Assembly (NCBI RefSeq): GCF_009834535.1 | Contig: NC_045697.1 | Location: forward strand, 17,424,001 to 17,488,000 | From: Camelus ferus | Taxonomy: Eukaryota | Length of the DNA: 64,000 bases | Direction of reading: 5' to 3' | Shown here: piece by piece, positions 36,391 to 48,700 of the stretch | How the letters are laid out: every line of letters starts with the position of its first letter | Numbering within the stretch: the first letter of the stretch is position 1 | Made by a program: the position numbers and the translations under genes | The notes under the pieces: model-generated | Told to the model about the DNA's origin: nothing | The model's database searches: none | The model's input: the letters and a program-made list of their open reading frames with translations, nothing else

Positions 36391-36690
36391 TTTTTTTTAA
36401 ATTGAACTATAGTTGATTTACAATGTTGTGTTAATTTCTGGTGTACAGCAGGGTGATTCAGGTGTATATATATATATATTCTTTTTCATTATAGGTTATT
36501 ACAAGCTATTGAATACAGTTCCCTGTGCTTTACTTAGGACCTTGTTGTTTGTCTATTCTGTATATAATAGTTTGTATCTGCAAATCCCAAATTTCCAATT
36601 TATCCCTCCTCAGCTTTCCCCTTTGGTAACCATAAGTTTGTTTTCTATGTCTGTGAGTCTCTTTCTGTTTTGTAAATAAGTTCATTTTTG
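36391..36690 (-). mobile_element. Short 5'-truncated L1 3' end
   Basis: ttttaaattgaactatagttgatttacaatgttg...tggtaaccataagtttgttttctatgtctgtgagtct; same 3'UTR type as 7995-8330. Confidence 0.92.
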
Positions 36691-36829
36691 CCTTTTTGTG
36701 GGTAATCTTATCCAAATGAAGAAGATTTCCTTTACACATTCAGGGACAATGTGGGAATGCTTGGCCATCTGGGACCAGCTATCTCAGCTGATAGTGGCAC
36801 TTAGAGTCACTGCAGAAGCCCTCAACTAC

Positions 36830-36975
36830 GGAGCTGAGCAGGGATTCAGACCTATCTCTGGCATGAACTAACTGTGGGAGCTTGGTCAATCATTCCCCCT
36901 CTTTGAACCTCTTGTCTTTATCTGTAAAATAATGGAAATAAACTTGACCATCTCAGGTCCCCTCCAATAGTAACA
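36830..36975 (+). mobile_element. MIR SINE
   Basis: actaactgtgggagcttggtcaatcattccccctctttgaacctc...atctgtaaaat. Confidence 0.7.
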
Positions 36976-37359
36976 ATATTCACAATCCTTGATCCCCCAA
37001 GAGGCAGGAGAGGAGGATCTCTCCTGCTTTCTCCTTTAACGTTGTTTCTGCTTCACATGATGGGCAACAAGCCTTTGGCTTCATGTCAAGGCACGGGAAT
37101 GAACTTGGCTGTCTATGGACACCACCTTGGGTGGTTGGAAGAAAGGTTTGGTGTAACGTGTGGTGTGAACCTAAGTGGACCTTGCGGCAGCTATGAATCC
37201 CATGTCAGCCTGGAACAGAGGCCCTCTTGCTTTTTCCTCTATCATTTCTGGCACAGTTTCAACTGTGGAAAGAGTGTCAAACTCATGTAGTAGGTTTCCT
37301 GATCAAGTCTTCTTAACCCTTAAGAACCCAAGAAGGCATGAAGGAGGAAGAGGGAAAAC

Positions 37360-37870
37360 GTATGTGAGTTAGACTTTTGATCACAAGTAACAGAAAAGCA
37401 ACTCAAAGCAGCTTAAATAATAAAAGGATGATTTAACGAATATGAAAAGAAGTCCAGAGTTATTCCAGCAGCTCCAGAAATAAATGTCATTAGCAAATTG
37501 ATATCATTAAGGACCCATTTTATTTCTCTACTCTGTACCACGGTAATTCTCATTGTAACAAAATGGCTGCCATGGCTCCAGGTGTCATGCTTTTGCACAT
37601 CAATGTTCCTTCCTATTTTCCAATAAGCCCCCAAAAGACTTTCTGTAAAGTCACATTGGCCAGAAATGAGTCACATACCCATGCTTAAAACCAGTCAATT
37701 AGCAAAGGAAGAAATTATTGTCATTGGCTTAGAGCCCACCAATCTAGATTCACCTTGGAGCTGGGGAGAAGCCCTGTCTCCTCTGAGGTGTAAAGACCCC
37801 TATCTGAACAAAATCAGGGTCTGAGTTCAAAGACGGGCAGGGATCGTGACTGTTAGAAAGACTGCCAACA
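37360..37870 (-). mobile_element. MLT1J/K-like MaLR LTR
   Basis: caagtaacagaaaagcaactcaaagcagcttaaataataaaag; aaatggctgcc; cattggccagaaatgagtcacatacccatg. Confidence 0.8.
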
Positions 37871-37984
37871 GCATCTCTTTCATTACTCCTCGCCCTTACC
37901 TTGGGGTAGGGAGGAGGGAGGGAAGGATGAAGAACAGTAGAAAGAAGAAGGAGGAAGAAGAAAAGCAGAGAGGAAGAGAAGGGA

Positions 37985-38195
37985 GAGGAGCAGCTTTAGA
38001 ATCCAATGGACTTCGGTTTCAATGCCAGCTTTGTCATCTCCTAGCTGTGTGTTCCTGGCGTGACCCCGGGCTTGTCCAGCTGGAGTTTCCTGACTTGAAA
38101 AATGGAGGGAACATGGGATTTCATGACATTAAACAAGAAGATGGATAGAAGCTGCCAAGCACGGTTTCTGCTACGAAATAATGTTCAACTAATGT
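37985..38195 (+). mobile_element. MIR SINE
   Basis: gctttagaatccaatggacttcggtttcaatgccagctttgtcatctcctagctgtgtg. Confidence 0.7.
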
Positions 38196-38599
38196 GATGA
38201 AGAAGAGAAATAGAAGTAGGAGAGGAACAAGGCTTTTCATACAGGGCTTCACAGTGTGGAAGATGCTCCACGAACATTAGCCCTTTGGATCTGACAGCCT
38301 ATGTCAGTAAGGCCACAAATGGGACATGTTTGGATGTTGAAACTACACACCATGGTATGTATTATCTCACTTAAGGTAGTAAGAGCAGGTTGCAGGTCTT
38401 CACAAAGTCCAAAGCCCCAGCAATATCCAGAAAAAGGTAGTAAAAAATTTAAAAAGTACACTGAGGGGGGAAAAAAAGCATATTATTGGAAATCATATTG
38501 TTATCACAGCAGAAGGAGAAATCCTTACAATGAAAAATCTGCTTTTTGGAGACCACCCACCTCCCAAACCTCCATCTTCCTCTACTTAGGACCATTAGA

Positions 38600-39640
38600 T
38601 TCAATTTGACAAGCATCTGCCCTTCTGATCAACAAATAACATTCATGTCCTTTTTTCCCATGCAAAGAATATACTGACCCCCTCCGTCAGGGAGACTGTG
38701 GAAAACCCAGTCCAGTTACTGTGTCCAGACCAGTGTTCTGAGTCTCCAGGTGATACGTAATATCTCCACAAAGTTCAGATGCAGTATTTCACGTTCATTG
38801 ACCTGTGAACTGAAAAGACAAATTATCTGTCACCACCCTCTCTGCACCCCATATGCCATGATGGAACAAGGATGGGACAAAGAAACAAGGACTCCCATTC
38901 AGAAAAGCGCAGAATGGGAGTCACAGGGAAGTCACTGGTCCATACAATCCTGCCAAGTGAGAGACTGTACCAGGCAGCAGGGGAACTTTCTCGATTAGAC
39001 CAGAATTAAACTCCTAGGGAAAAATTCCCTCCTCTGTTGTTCTCCATGGCCTGTTATCCTATTGACATTTTGGGCCATCTGTTGTGGGAGTCAATTTTAT
39101 AAGTGTAGGATGTTTAGCAACTTTCCTGGCCTCTACCCATTAGGTACCAGTGGGTAGAGGCATCTCTGCCCCCAAGTCAAAAGTATCTCCCTACTTTCCA
39201 AATGTCCTGCAGTAACTGGTGCTTTAGGCTTGAACAAAGTCCTAGACTGTGGTTTCTTAGCAGTTCTGTTCCCTCAAAATCTCACTAGGCTTCTGATCTA
39301 CAAGCTTGCAGTCAGTCCTGTGAGCATAACCATGGCTGAAGTCCTTTCCTCAACAAAAATGTTCATGAGGGATTTATTTCTTTACATCCAGGTGTTCTGC
39401 TACTGCCTAACATGGTCTACATCTTTATAAGCTTCTAAAATCATTTTTCTTGCCATTTACCACTCGACACTGATTAGTTGGGCAGTGGGCAGCAAGGAAG
39501 CTGATATTGGAGACTGGAAAGACTCGTGTATCAACAGAAGACCCATTATAGCTTGAAAGGCAAACAGCTAAACCAGAGCCACACATTTTAGGTTTACATC
39601 ATGACAGCACCCCACTTCAAGTATAAACTTCGGTATTAGT
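38600..39640 (-). mobile_element. MaLR internal (MLT1-int) fragment
   Basis: tcccatgcaaagaatatactgacccc; gacctgtgaactgaaaagacaaattatctg; end agccacacattttagg...cagcaccccacttc...gtattagtt. Confidence 0.65.
39055..39210 (-). mobile_element. MER20 fragment inside MLT1-int
   Basis: ctattgacattttgggcc...gtgtaggatgtttagcaactttcctggcctctacccattaggtaccagt...ccaaatgtcc. Confidence 0.8.
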
Positions 39641-40149
39641 TAAGGAATATGACAGTAGCACCCTCCTTCAAGGTATCAGTTTCCCAATTGTTAAGATATA
39701 AAAAGAGGTGAAAGGTCTTTTTTCATGACCCCTCCTCCTTCTTGTCTATCAGTGATTAGCTGAGAGAGCAAGTCAGAAGCTGGGTTGGCTACCTCCTGGT
39801 TGGGAGAAGCAGGAACTGGGATGTGGGGCTAAGCGGAGGTGAGAGAAGAGGGGATGTATTCAGGGAGGAGAAACCTCAAGGTGCTGGAGGCGAAACTAGG
39901 ATGCGGTGCTCATTTCTGAAGTCCAGGGTGGTTGAGATTGCACAGGCCAGGTTCATTCAAAGGGTCCAGAATGAGATGAACACCACGAAATCACCAAGGG
40001 AGTTCATTCATTCAGTATTCAAGTAAGCCAGATGAACTTATCAATTGCTTCTAACATCCCCTTTTAAATATATATATATTAGTTTAATAAAAGGAAATTT
40101 AAAAATAATTTTTAGTTCATTCTGATTATAAAAATAATAAATAAAAATG

Positions 40150-40525
40150 GAAATGAGATTAAATATTCATCCATAGGGGAAATGTTCAATATACTATAAT
40201 ATATTCATACTACAGAAGACTGTGCCATGGTTAAACTTGTGTGTACAGTGCAATACCACTTACATCAAAAAGAAAAGCCCCGCAATCTTGCTGTATGTTG
40301 TGTATGAGGATGCCATTATGTAAGTAAATGTACAGGAATCCATGTGAAAAGACCCACCAATCAAACCGCTAACAGTGACTGGGCTGGAATGGGAGAGGAG
40401 GTGATGGCACAGATTGCGGTGATGGTTAAAGGGCTTGAAAAGCAACAGGTTTCTGAGAATAGACTATAAATAAAATTTGTTACCAATTAAAAGAATGAGG
40501 TGGATCTGTTTGTACTGATAGATAC
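40150..40525 (+). mobile_element. Ancient L1 3' fragments
   Basis: aaatattcatccatagggga...atattcatactacagaagactgtgcc; attaaaagaatgaggtggatctgtttgtactgata. Confidence 0.5.
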
Positions 40526-40769
40526 CGGTTTCTTTTTTTCATCCCTTGAAGGAAATTAACTGTATTTAGCTTTGCGGGGGATGGACAGAGGGTGAAAGAA
40601 AGTGGGAAGTTCTACTATTAATTTTGTTCTCTTTGCCCTCAATTTTCTAACCTTGCTTCTAGGTTGCTTTCTTTTTCAACAGAGTTTTCTGGGTGATAAG
40701 ATGATGGGTCTCTTTTTGCTCTTTTCTTTAAATTCAAATCTATTAAAGTAAACGAACAGGATGTTATTT

Positions 40770-41070
40770 AAAAGGAACTCACACACAGTAATATGTGACC
40801 CAGGTTGATAATTTTGAAAATAGAGAAAAGCATAAAGAACAGAATCTAAATCATTCATATTCTCCCTATCAGACATGAGAGTCGTTAATAACATTCTGAT
40901 GGTTTCCTCCAGTCTTTTTTCTATGTCCATTAATGTCTATTTTAATAAAATTGAGTTATATTTTATGTTCAGTTCTGTACTATTTCTTTTACTTAATAAG
41001 ATATATTATAAGATTTTCCACACATTAAATATTTTTAGACAATACAATTTGTAATAGTCATATAACAGTA
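40770..41070 (-). mobile_element. Ancient L1 (L1ME-like) 3' end
   Basis: gataattttgaaaatagagaaaagcataaagaa...gttaataacattctg...ttcctccagtctttttt. Confidence 0.55.
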
Positions 41071-41164
41071 CTATACATGTGCACACATACTATACTATGA
41101 TACATATATGAAATAAGAATTATGATGTTGATAGTTAAGCAGTACATAAGGGCTTTAGTCATAC

Positions 41165-41791
41165 TGATGCAGGAAAATGGATGTGGGGTGTGAGGAGGGC
41201 CATGTCCCACGTCTTGATTGAGCCCCTGGGATGTGCCCCACCAGGTGTGGGTCCTTGGCTTCGAGCAGGAAAGAATTCAAGTGAGAGCCACAGTTGAGTA
41301 AAGGTAGATTTATTTAGAGAGATACGTACTGCATAGAGTGTAAGGCAAGAGAAAGACAAGGAAAGAGGTGTGTGAATAGGGTGCTCAGCTTAAAGTAAAA
41401 GTAGGTACACACTCCATAGACAAGAGTGCGGGCCATCTCCAAAGAGGAGGGAGCGAAAAAGGGTGCTAGGCGTGGTGTTGTCGGTTTTTATGGGACCATT
41501 CCAGCTGCCCTGGGATAGGGGCTGAGATTCCCAGGGACTGGGCCACCGCCCATTCTTTGGCCTTTTGCGGTTATTCTTGGGGCTGTCATGGCGCCTGCGG
41601 GCATGTTACTGATCATGCTGTTACATGGAGCATATAATGAAGCTCAAGGTCTACTAGAAGTCAAACCTCTTAATCCTCAAGGCCAACCAGGAGTTGAATC
41701 TTCCACCCTTTGGTAAATCTTCCACCATTTTGGTGTTAAATTGCTGTCATTCCTTGAGTGGCTGTGCCCTGCCCCCTTCCCTCCTGTCTCA
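41165..41791 (-). mobile_element. ERV1-class solo LTR
   Basis: TG...CA ends; flanks atac/atat (4-bp TSD, one mismatch); ttggcttcgagcaggaaagaattcaagtgagagccacag, atttattt, end cctcctgtctca. Confidence 0.85.
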
Positions 41792-41950
41792 ATATTGTCT
41801 CATTTCATCCTTCGAAAAGCCCACGAGGTAATGTTATCGTCCCCATTTTATAGATGAGGCTCAACCAGTTTACAAATGGAACTGACCAGGTGCCGAAGCT
41901 AGTAGCTAAGCCAGGTCTCATACTCACACCTATCGTCCTAGCTACTGTGT
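41792..41950 (-). mobile_element. MIR SINE interrupted by the LTR
   Basis: tctcatttcatccttc...ttatcgtccccattttatagatgagg. Confidence 0.75.
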
Positions 41951-41959
41951 TAAACAGTA

Positions 41960-42165
41960 TCTACCACAATTTTTGCACCAATCCCCTATTGTTGGACATA
42001 GGATTGCTTTAAGGTGTTTACTGTGTTGAATAATATAGTGATGAGTATCCTTGTACGCATCACTTTGGCCACATCTCAGAATTCCTGGTTTAGGCCAAAT
42101 GCCTCAAGGTGGAATTACTGGGTCAAAATAAGAACACCTTTCAGGTTCTTGCAACATGTTCCCAG
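41960..42165 (-). mobile_element. Ancient L1 fragment
   Basis: accaatcccctattgttggacat...ggtggaattactgggtcaaa; probably continues the 40770-41070 copy. Confidence 0.6.
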
Positions 42166-43134
42166 ACCCTTTCACAGGTGTGCTTTGGAGCTGTAGGCAA
42201 ACCCTTCCAAAGGGGAAAGGTAACTCTGCAGGAACTCAGCACTGCAGCAATCATGGCCCTCCTGGGTGGAGGGCTGAGCTGGAGCCTGCTGACATTGTCT
42301 TCTAAATGATGGCACTCAGTCACACCTGGCGCCTGGAGAGTTTTATTGAACTTCCCTGCGATGCCATTATGCTCCATAAACACCGAGTCAGGCAGAGCAG
42401 TGACCAAGGGCCCCTATTACAGCAGGTAAGTGCACATCTTGTTCTGTGCCTCCTCTCAAGCTTCTATTATTTCAAATGTCAAATGCACTTTGCCTCAAGC
42501 CTTTTCGGCCTTTAATTTTTAAATCCACATGCATTTAATTTATTTATTGGATTTCTATAGGACTTAAGGGGAAACTTAATTCATACACTTCTGGTTCATC
42601 TTCGCTTAACTCATTTGATGGCTTAGAAAGCTTTGTTGGCTCTCTTAAATAAGAATTTTTTGTGCAGCTTCTTTCCAGAGACAGGACGCTAAGGAGCAGG
42701 GATTCTCATTGAAAAAATCAGTACAAAGCTAGGAAGTTGATAGACTTGGGGAAGGGCAGGCTCCCAGCTATTCTTTAAAACATTCCTCCTAGGCAAGAGG
42801 TTACAGAAAGGTGCAAGTAATTGGTTAAAGCGGTATCCTCCTCCTTGGCCTCATTAGCTTAATTTGGGAGCCCACCACTACTACAGGGATGTACCAGGAA
42901 GCTCAGGGGAACCCCCAAATTTAAAATTTCAAAATTTAATTTCAAAATTTAAAGCCTTTCTCAGTCAAAAAAGTTAATTAATGACACCTGATCTCCCCAA
43001 TGTGTCCTTCTTACTAAGATAACTGAGTGGAGACAATTCCAGCCCAAAGCAGCCCAAACTGGAGATTGTCTTAAGTCATCTCACTCCAAAACTGGGTGCA
43101 TGTGCTATTTCCATTAAGCTTTGCTCTTTCCCTT

Positions 43135-43680
43135 TTTATTTTACTGTTTGCCTTTTATGGAAAAATTCAAACACTGAGACAAGTGGAAGGAAGTGTATGG
43201 TGAACACCCACACACCTCAATCCTACGGTGATTAACATTTTGCTCTGTGTGTTTAATTGTATATGAATCCATCTATCTCTCTATGCATCCGTCATTCTAT
43301 CTTATTTCTTACTGGATTTCAAAGTAAGTTGCAGACACCAGTAAACTCCATTCCGAAATACTTCAGCATGCAAGTTATTAACGAAAATTAATTATTTACT
43401 TACATTTTTTCTTTTCTAGGAAATAATTATATAAGTGAAATGCACACATCTTAATTGTACCATCCAATGGGTTTTGACTAACATGGTCATTTGAGTAACT
43501 CAAATCCCACCAAGATACAGAAATTTTCTTCACCACAGACCTTCTTTGTGTCATTTTGCAATTAACCCCTCCCCACCCCTTGCCCCAGATAACAACTGCT
43601 CCAATTTCTATCAGTCACTATATGTTAGTTTCACCTATTCTAGAACTTCATATAAATAGAATCGTACTGTATGAACGATT
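43135..43680 (-). mobile_element. L1MB/MC-type 3' fragments
   Basis: aaagtaagttgcagacacc; gtgaaatgcacacatcttaattgtac; cctattctagaacttcatataaatagaatc. Confidence 0.75.
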
Positions 43681-44624
43681 TACTTAGTCAAGTTGCCGAG
43701 GCTTCCTGTTGTAGCTACAGGCCTCCTAGTTGAAACAAGAACTATTTGAGGTTGACATTTCTTGCCTTATGTTATAAATTGGAGTTTCTCAGGAACCCAT
43801 GAAAATAGAAGTGAAGGCACCACTGGAAATAATAAGCTTGGTAATGCCTTGCTAGGATGGCATTAAATATGCTAGAGCATTATTCTCCTTAATAAAGGAA
43901 CATTCAGCAGAGAGGCTTGCCAGAAAAATGCAAGATGTATTTTGAGAAGAATCTTGTCCTACTTGAGTTACCATCCTGCCTGCCAGAACCACACTGGCCT
44001 GCCCTATATTCAGCCATGAGCTTTGTGCATCTCAGTGTTACCTCAAACCAAGTTGGAGATCAAACCAAGATTCACTGTTCTGCTCAGAAGATCTCGGCAC
44101 ATCCTTTTGACCATGAACAGGGAAGTCTAATCCCAGCTGTGGTGATGTGGGTGGCGGAGCAGGTCATCAGCAGGTGGCGCTCTTCCTCTGAACCATGACC
44201 CAGACTTGCCACCCAGCACCAGCTAAGACCAGAAACTAGCCTTCTGAGAGTGACAGTAAAAGGAGTCGTTAGATACTTGTAGTTTTGAAGGCTGCTTGGT
44301 CAGTCCTTGACTGGAGTCCTTTGAGTAATATTTTACCCATTTCCAGAGCCTGTTACCTGGAAGCAGAAGTCTTAGGTATCCTAAGACCAGATCTTATGTG
44401 ATCCTATTGAAAAAGGATGCTTGGTACATATCAGTGTTAATCAGCACTAAAAAGTTTAGGAGAGAAAAATCTAGGAAGATGAATTGGAAGACTTGATAGC
44501 ATGTGAATGTTAACCAGAGATATTAGGATAATTTCACTAGGGAAGAAATAAAATTCAACCCTTTATTCTTGTATTAATTTATTCAGTATTTAACATTGGG
44601 GAGGGAATGAAGCATATAATTAAG

Positions 44625-44850
44625 CTGTTAAGGAACAGACGCTGGAGTCAGGCAGACCCGGGTTTCTACCTGAACCATTCACTGGGTCTCAATTTTTTCA
44701 TCTATAAAATGAAAATGATACATTTGCATCATAGGGCATTCTATTCCTTGATTCAGCAAGTATTTATTGAGTGCCTACCATGTGCCAGGCACTGCTCTGG
44801 AGCTGTGGGTACAGGGCGAGCGAGGCAGGGCCGCTGCTCTCACGGGGCTC
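44625..44850. mobile_element. Adjacent MIR (+) and L2 3' end (-)
   Basis: ctggagtcaggcagacccgggt...tcatctataaaatg, then attcagcaagtatttattgagtgcctaccatgtgccaggcactg. Confidence 0.8.
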
Positions 44851-45962
44851 TCAGGCAGACTGCGCTTTCAAAGATGACCGTGCTAATATATTCCATCTCA
44901 CATTCTCTTCTTTTTTCTAACGTAACTTTATTTTTATTTTGCATCAAACATCCTTGCAAACAATGAAAACAAACCAAATCATGAATAAATGCCTATTAAA
45001 AAAAAACTGCTTTATTGAAGTATGATTGACATATAAAAAGCTGCACACATTTAATAGGTGCAACTCCATGTGTCTGAGGATAAGCGTACACCTGTGAAAC
45101 CAACACTGCCGTCAGGCCATAGGTTACCCATCACTCCCCAGAGTTTCCTCCCACCCCCTTTATTATTTTTCTTTTTGTGGTATGAATACTTAAGATCCTA
45201 GCAAACTTTAAGTATATAGCGCAGTATTTGTTAGCTACAGGCATACACGTGTATATGCCATATAGCAGACATCCAGAACTTATTTCTGTTGCAGAACTGA
45301 AGCTCTGTACTCTTTAACCATCACCCCGTTTCCTCTTCCCCTCAGTCCTGGGCAACCACCACGCTGCTCTCTGCTTCTACGAGTTTTTGACTATTTTGAT
45401 TCCACATATAAGTGAGATTATACAATATTTGTCTTTCTGTGTCTGGCTTATTTCACTGAGCATGATGGCCTCCAGGTCTATCCATGTTGTTGCACATGGC
45501 ATCATTTCTTTCTTTTTAAGGCTGAATAAGATTCCATCATATACACACACACGCACACACACATATATATATATCTCACATTTTCTTCTAATATGATGAC
45601 ACTGACACTTTTCCTTTGAATCGGGACAGGCTTGTGATTGTGGTGGAAGTGATGCTGCATGGCTTTAAGACTATGTCATAGAAGGTGAGGTGGCATTCTC
45701 TTGCCCCTCCCTCAGGACATGTGCTTTGGGATCCCTGCACTGACATGTGGGAAGTCCAGTGACATCACTGCTGCTATGCTGGCGGGATCATGTGGAGGGA
45801 CCACACAGAGACAAAGAGATACCCAAAAGCCCCAGTGGTTCCAGCCTCCAGCCTTCAAGTCCTCTGGCTGAGGCCCGGCAAGATCAGCCACCCCCATTGT
45901 GCCTTATCTACCTCCTTACCTTAATAGGGGTGATTTGTTATGCCACCCTAGTAACTAGAACA
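44851..45962 (+). mobile_element. MLT1G-like LTR split by an L1 insertion
   Basis: Start ggcagactgcgctttcaaagatgacc...ccatctcacat; resumes about 45573 with ttgaatcgggacaggcttgtga...ggaagtgatgctg; ends tagtaactagaaca. Confidence 0.8.
45011..45572 (-). mobile_element. L1 3' end (L1MA-like)
   Basis: tttattgaagtatgattgacat; ORF 45377-45562 ATTWIDLEAIMLSEISQTQKDKYCIISL is the L1 ORF2 C-terminus. Confidence 0.92.
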
Positions 45963-45984
45963 AGTTATATGCTGGTTGGGCAGG

Positions 45985-46990
45985 CAGAAGATAAGCCAGT
46001 GAACAAATAAACAAATAAGACATTGTCAGATATGGCTACAAAAACCTGAAAACAGGATGATATGATGGGGGGTGAGGAGGGAGAGGCAACCCTAGGCAGG
46101 ATAATGAAGTCCTGGCAGAAGAGAGAACATGTGAGCTATGGAGACTTGCACATACAAGAAAGGGCCAGAATGAATGTTCTGGGGGCAGTGGTGGCAGCAA
46201 GTGCAAAGGCCCTGGGGCAGGCTGAAGCTCAGTACATTCAAGGAACTAAAAAGTGGCTGGTGCCTCTGGATTATAGTAAGAAGAGGATAACAGTCCAAAG
46301 CCGAGGTCAGAATAGACAGGTTCAACTCATATACAGACTGGTAGGCCAGAGCTAAGTAAGGGTTTGGGTTTTTATCCAAGCAAAATGAGAAACCATTGAA
46401 AGAAGTGGAGAGATACGGTTTTATGTACATAGTAACAATGTCCCTTTGGCTGCTGTGTGGTGACAGGATTGAAAGGTAAGAACTGAAGCAGGGTGGCTAA
46501 TTAAGAGGCTGGAGCCTCAGTTCAAGTGAGAGCTGATGGCAGCCTGGACCGGCCTGGAATTGGTGGACACAGTAACAGCAATGGGTAACATTGCCGGAGT
46601 GGCTTCCGTGTTCAGGCCGTTTCAGGTGCTTCCTGTGGATGATCTGATTTTGTCCTCACAACAACCCTATGATACAGGTTCTCTTATTATCCCAAAATAC
46701 TTTGCCCATTATCACGTATCTAATCAGTGGTGGGGGCAGGCTCCTCGCTCAGGCAGGGCCCCCGCAGAATGCTGCTTCCCTGGATGGAATCCAGCGGGGA
46801 GGATTCAGGATATTGTGGAGGTAGAGCTGACAGGACTTGTTAAATGATTGGGGATTCGGAGGAGAAGAGAGAACTCACGGATGGTGCCTTGGGTTCTGAC
46901 GTGGGCAGTTAGGAGGGGGGTGGTGTCATCTATTGAGATGGGGAAACCTAGGCGAGAAATCGGGGTGGGGAGATGTAGGAGTTCTCTCAT
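45985..46990 (-). mobile_element. L2 fragments with nested MIR
   Basis: gcaagtgcaaaggccctggggcagg; tttatccaagcaaaatgagaaaccattga; gaggtagagctgacaggacttg; gtgtcatctattgagatggggaa. Confidence 0.8.
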
Positions 46991-47029
46991 GGTAAGAATG
47001 AACAGTAATAGTCATAAAACGAGCAGAAC

Positions 47030-47240
47030 AGGCTAGTATTTCTGGAGTGCCTCCCGTGTGTAAGCACTCCACCTTTACCAACTCATTTGATTTTAGCCTT
47101 AGGAAGTAAGGTACCATGGTTTCCTCATTTAACTGAGGATGAAGCTAAGAAACAGGGAGGCTGAGAAATGAGTCAAAGGTTACAGAGCGAGGAAGTTGCC
47201 GATCTGGGATTCAGTCTGGTTGGCTGCCTGCTCTAACACA
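47030..47240 (-). mobile_element. MIR SINE
   Basis: aactcatttgatttt...ctgaggatgaagctaagaaacagggaggctgag...aaggttacagagcgagg. Confidence 0.7.
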
Positions 47241-47322
47241 CCATTTCTCATTAAATGAACAAGCGTTGGGTGAGCACCAAGCACAGTGCCTAATGTATAC
47301 TAAGTGATCAATAAAAGGTAGC

Positions 47323-47344
47323 TATTATTATTATTATTACTATT
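47323..47344. repeat. (ATT)n microsatellite at a MIR tail
   Basis: Read directly after aataaaaggtagct. Confidence 0.85.
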
Positions 47345-47808
47345 CAAATGTAGCTGACCTTCTCGGGTGTATATGACATTGTGTTACTAAGAAATAGAAC
47401 CCAGTCGCTGCCCTCAGGAAAGATGCCGTGGCAAATCCAGACTCCTGTGCACAGAAGTTTAAATGACTCCAGACAACCACAGAGCAGTACAAAACAGCAC
47501 CAGAAGAGGTGCCTCGAGGCAGCGTGTGATGAAGCGCCGGAGGAACGGCAGAGATCTAGGGCTACGGATTTTTTCAAATATCTAGCGGAATATTAAAGGC
47601 TTGTGCCAGGATTATTAACACATGTGTCCATAACAGGGAGATTCCTTCTCTATAATTCATCGCGCCCTGTCAGGACCCAAACCAAATGTCAAAGAGTGGA
47701 ATAGTGACATTTACTCTGTTTTAATTACCCAGCAAGATTACTGTTTGTGGACTTGCTAAGTAGTTCCCAAACAAAGCAATGAAATTTAATGGTTCTGCTG
47801 TGCAACAA

Positions 47809-47899
47809 TTTCTCTTTTTTTCCTTCTTTCTCGCCCCTCCCCTCCTTTCCCGGTCCCTCCCCCCACCTCCCCTCCCCTTCTCTCTCTTTCTCTCTCTTT
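47809..47899. repeat. Homopyrimidine/homopurine tract
   Basis: About 90 bp, almost purely C/T on +, with multiple C3-5 runs. Confidence 0.85.
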
Positions 47900-48499
47900 G
47901 GGGAGGCTGTGGCGACAAGTTTTACTGATATAATCAAGACAAATTTTTTGAAGTTTTGATGTAATAAAAATGAAAAACATGGGCTGCTCCCACCTTTCTT
48001 GCTTTTCATAGTACTGTTTTTTCCTCTGTGGTTCCCAAAATGCCAGAGACTCAAAGCAATAAGTCAAGCTACATTTTGGGGAGGCTTTTTACATTTCCTT
48101 AAATTTTTTTCAAAAAGAAAAAAATGCCAGAAAGCTTAGAAATAGGAAACATTAAAAAATAAAACCCCAAAAACCTCACATAATCACACCACTCCTACAC
48201 AATCACTGATATCTTGGTGTGTTTCCTTAGAAGTTTTAATTTTCCCGTGCTTGTACATGGAGGTAATTCTAGTGTACTTGCAGGGCTGCACAGTGCTATG
48301 TAAATGTCTGTCAGTTACGCCTATTGGGGAAAATTCCTAATTTTATTGTGCTAGTCCTTTGAATCAGCCTCCCTTAATTTCTAAATCATGTAACTAAATC
48401 ACTTTTAGAATAAGGAAATAAATAAATAAAATAAAATACATAAATTTAATAGTGTTACTCTTTCCCTTAATGCTGAACTTGGTAAGGCCTCATATATAG

Positions 48500-48700
48500 G
48501 GGATGAGAATTCTGGCTCTGAGTTCTGCCACTTGCTAGCGGTGTGACCTTGGAGAAGTTACTTAACCTCTCTGGGCTGTAGTCTCTTCACTCATCAAACA
48601 TAGATCATGACAGAGCCTACCTCGTAGGAATGGGATAATGTGCATTGAAATATTTTTCGCAGTACCTGTCACGTGACCAGTGCTCATCATTACTACTATA
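48500..48700 (+). mobile_element. MIR SINE
   Basis: tctgccacttgctagcggtgtgaccttggagaagttacttaacctctctgggc. Confidence 0.9.
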
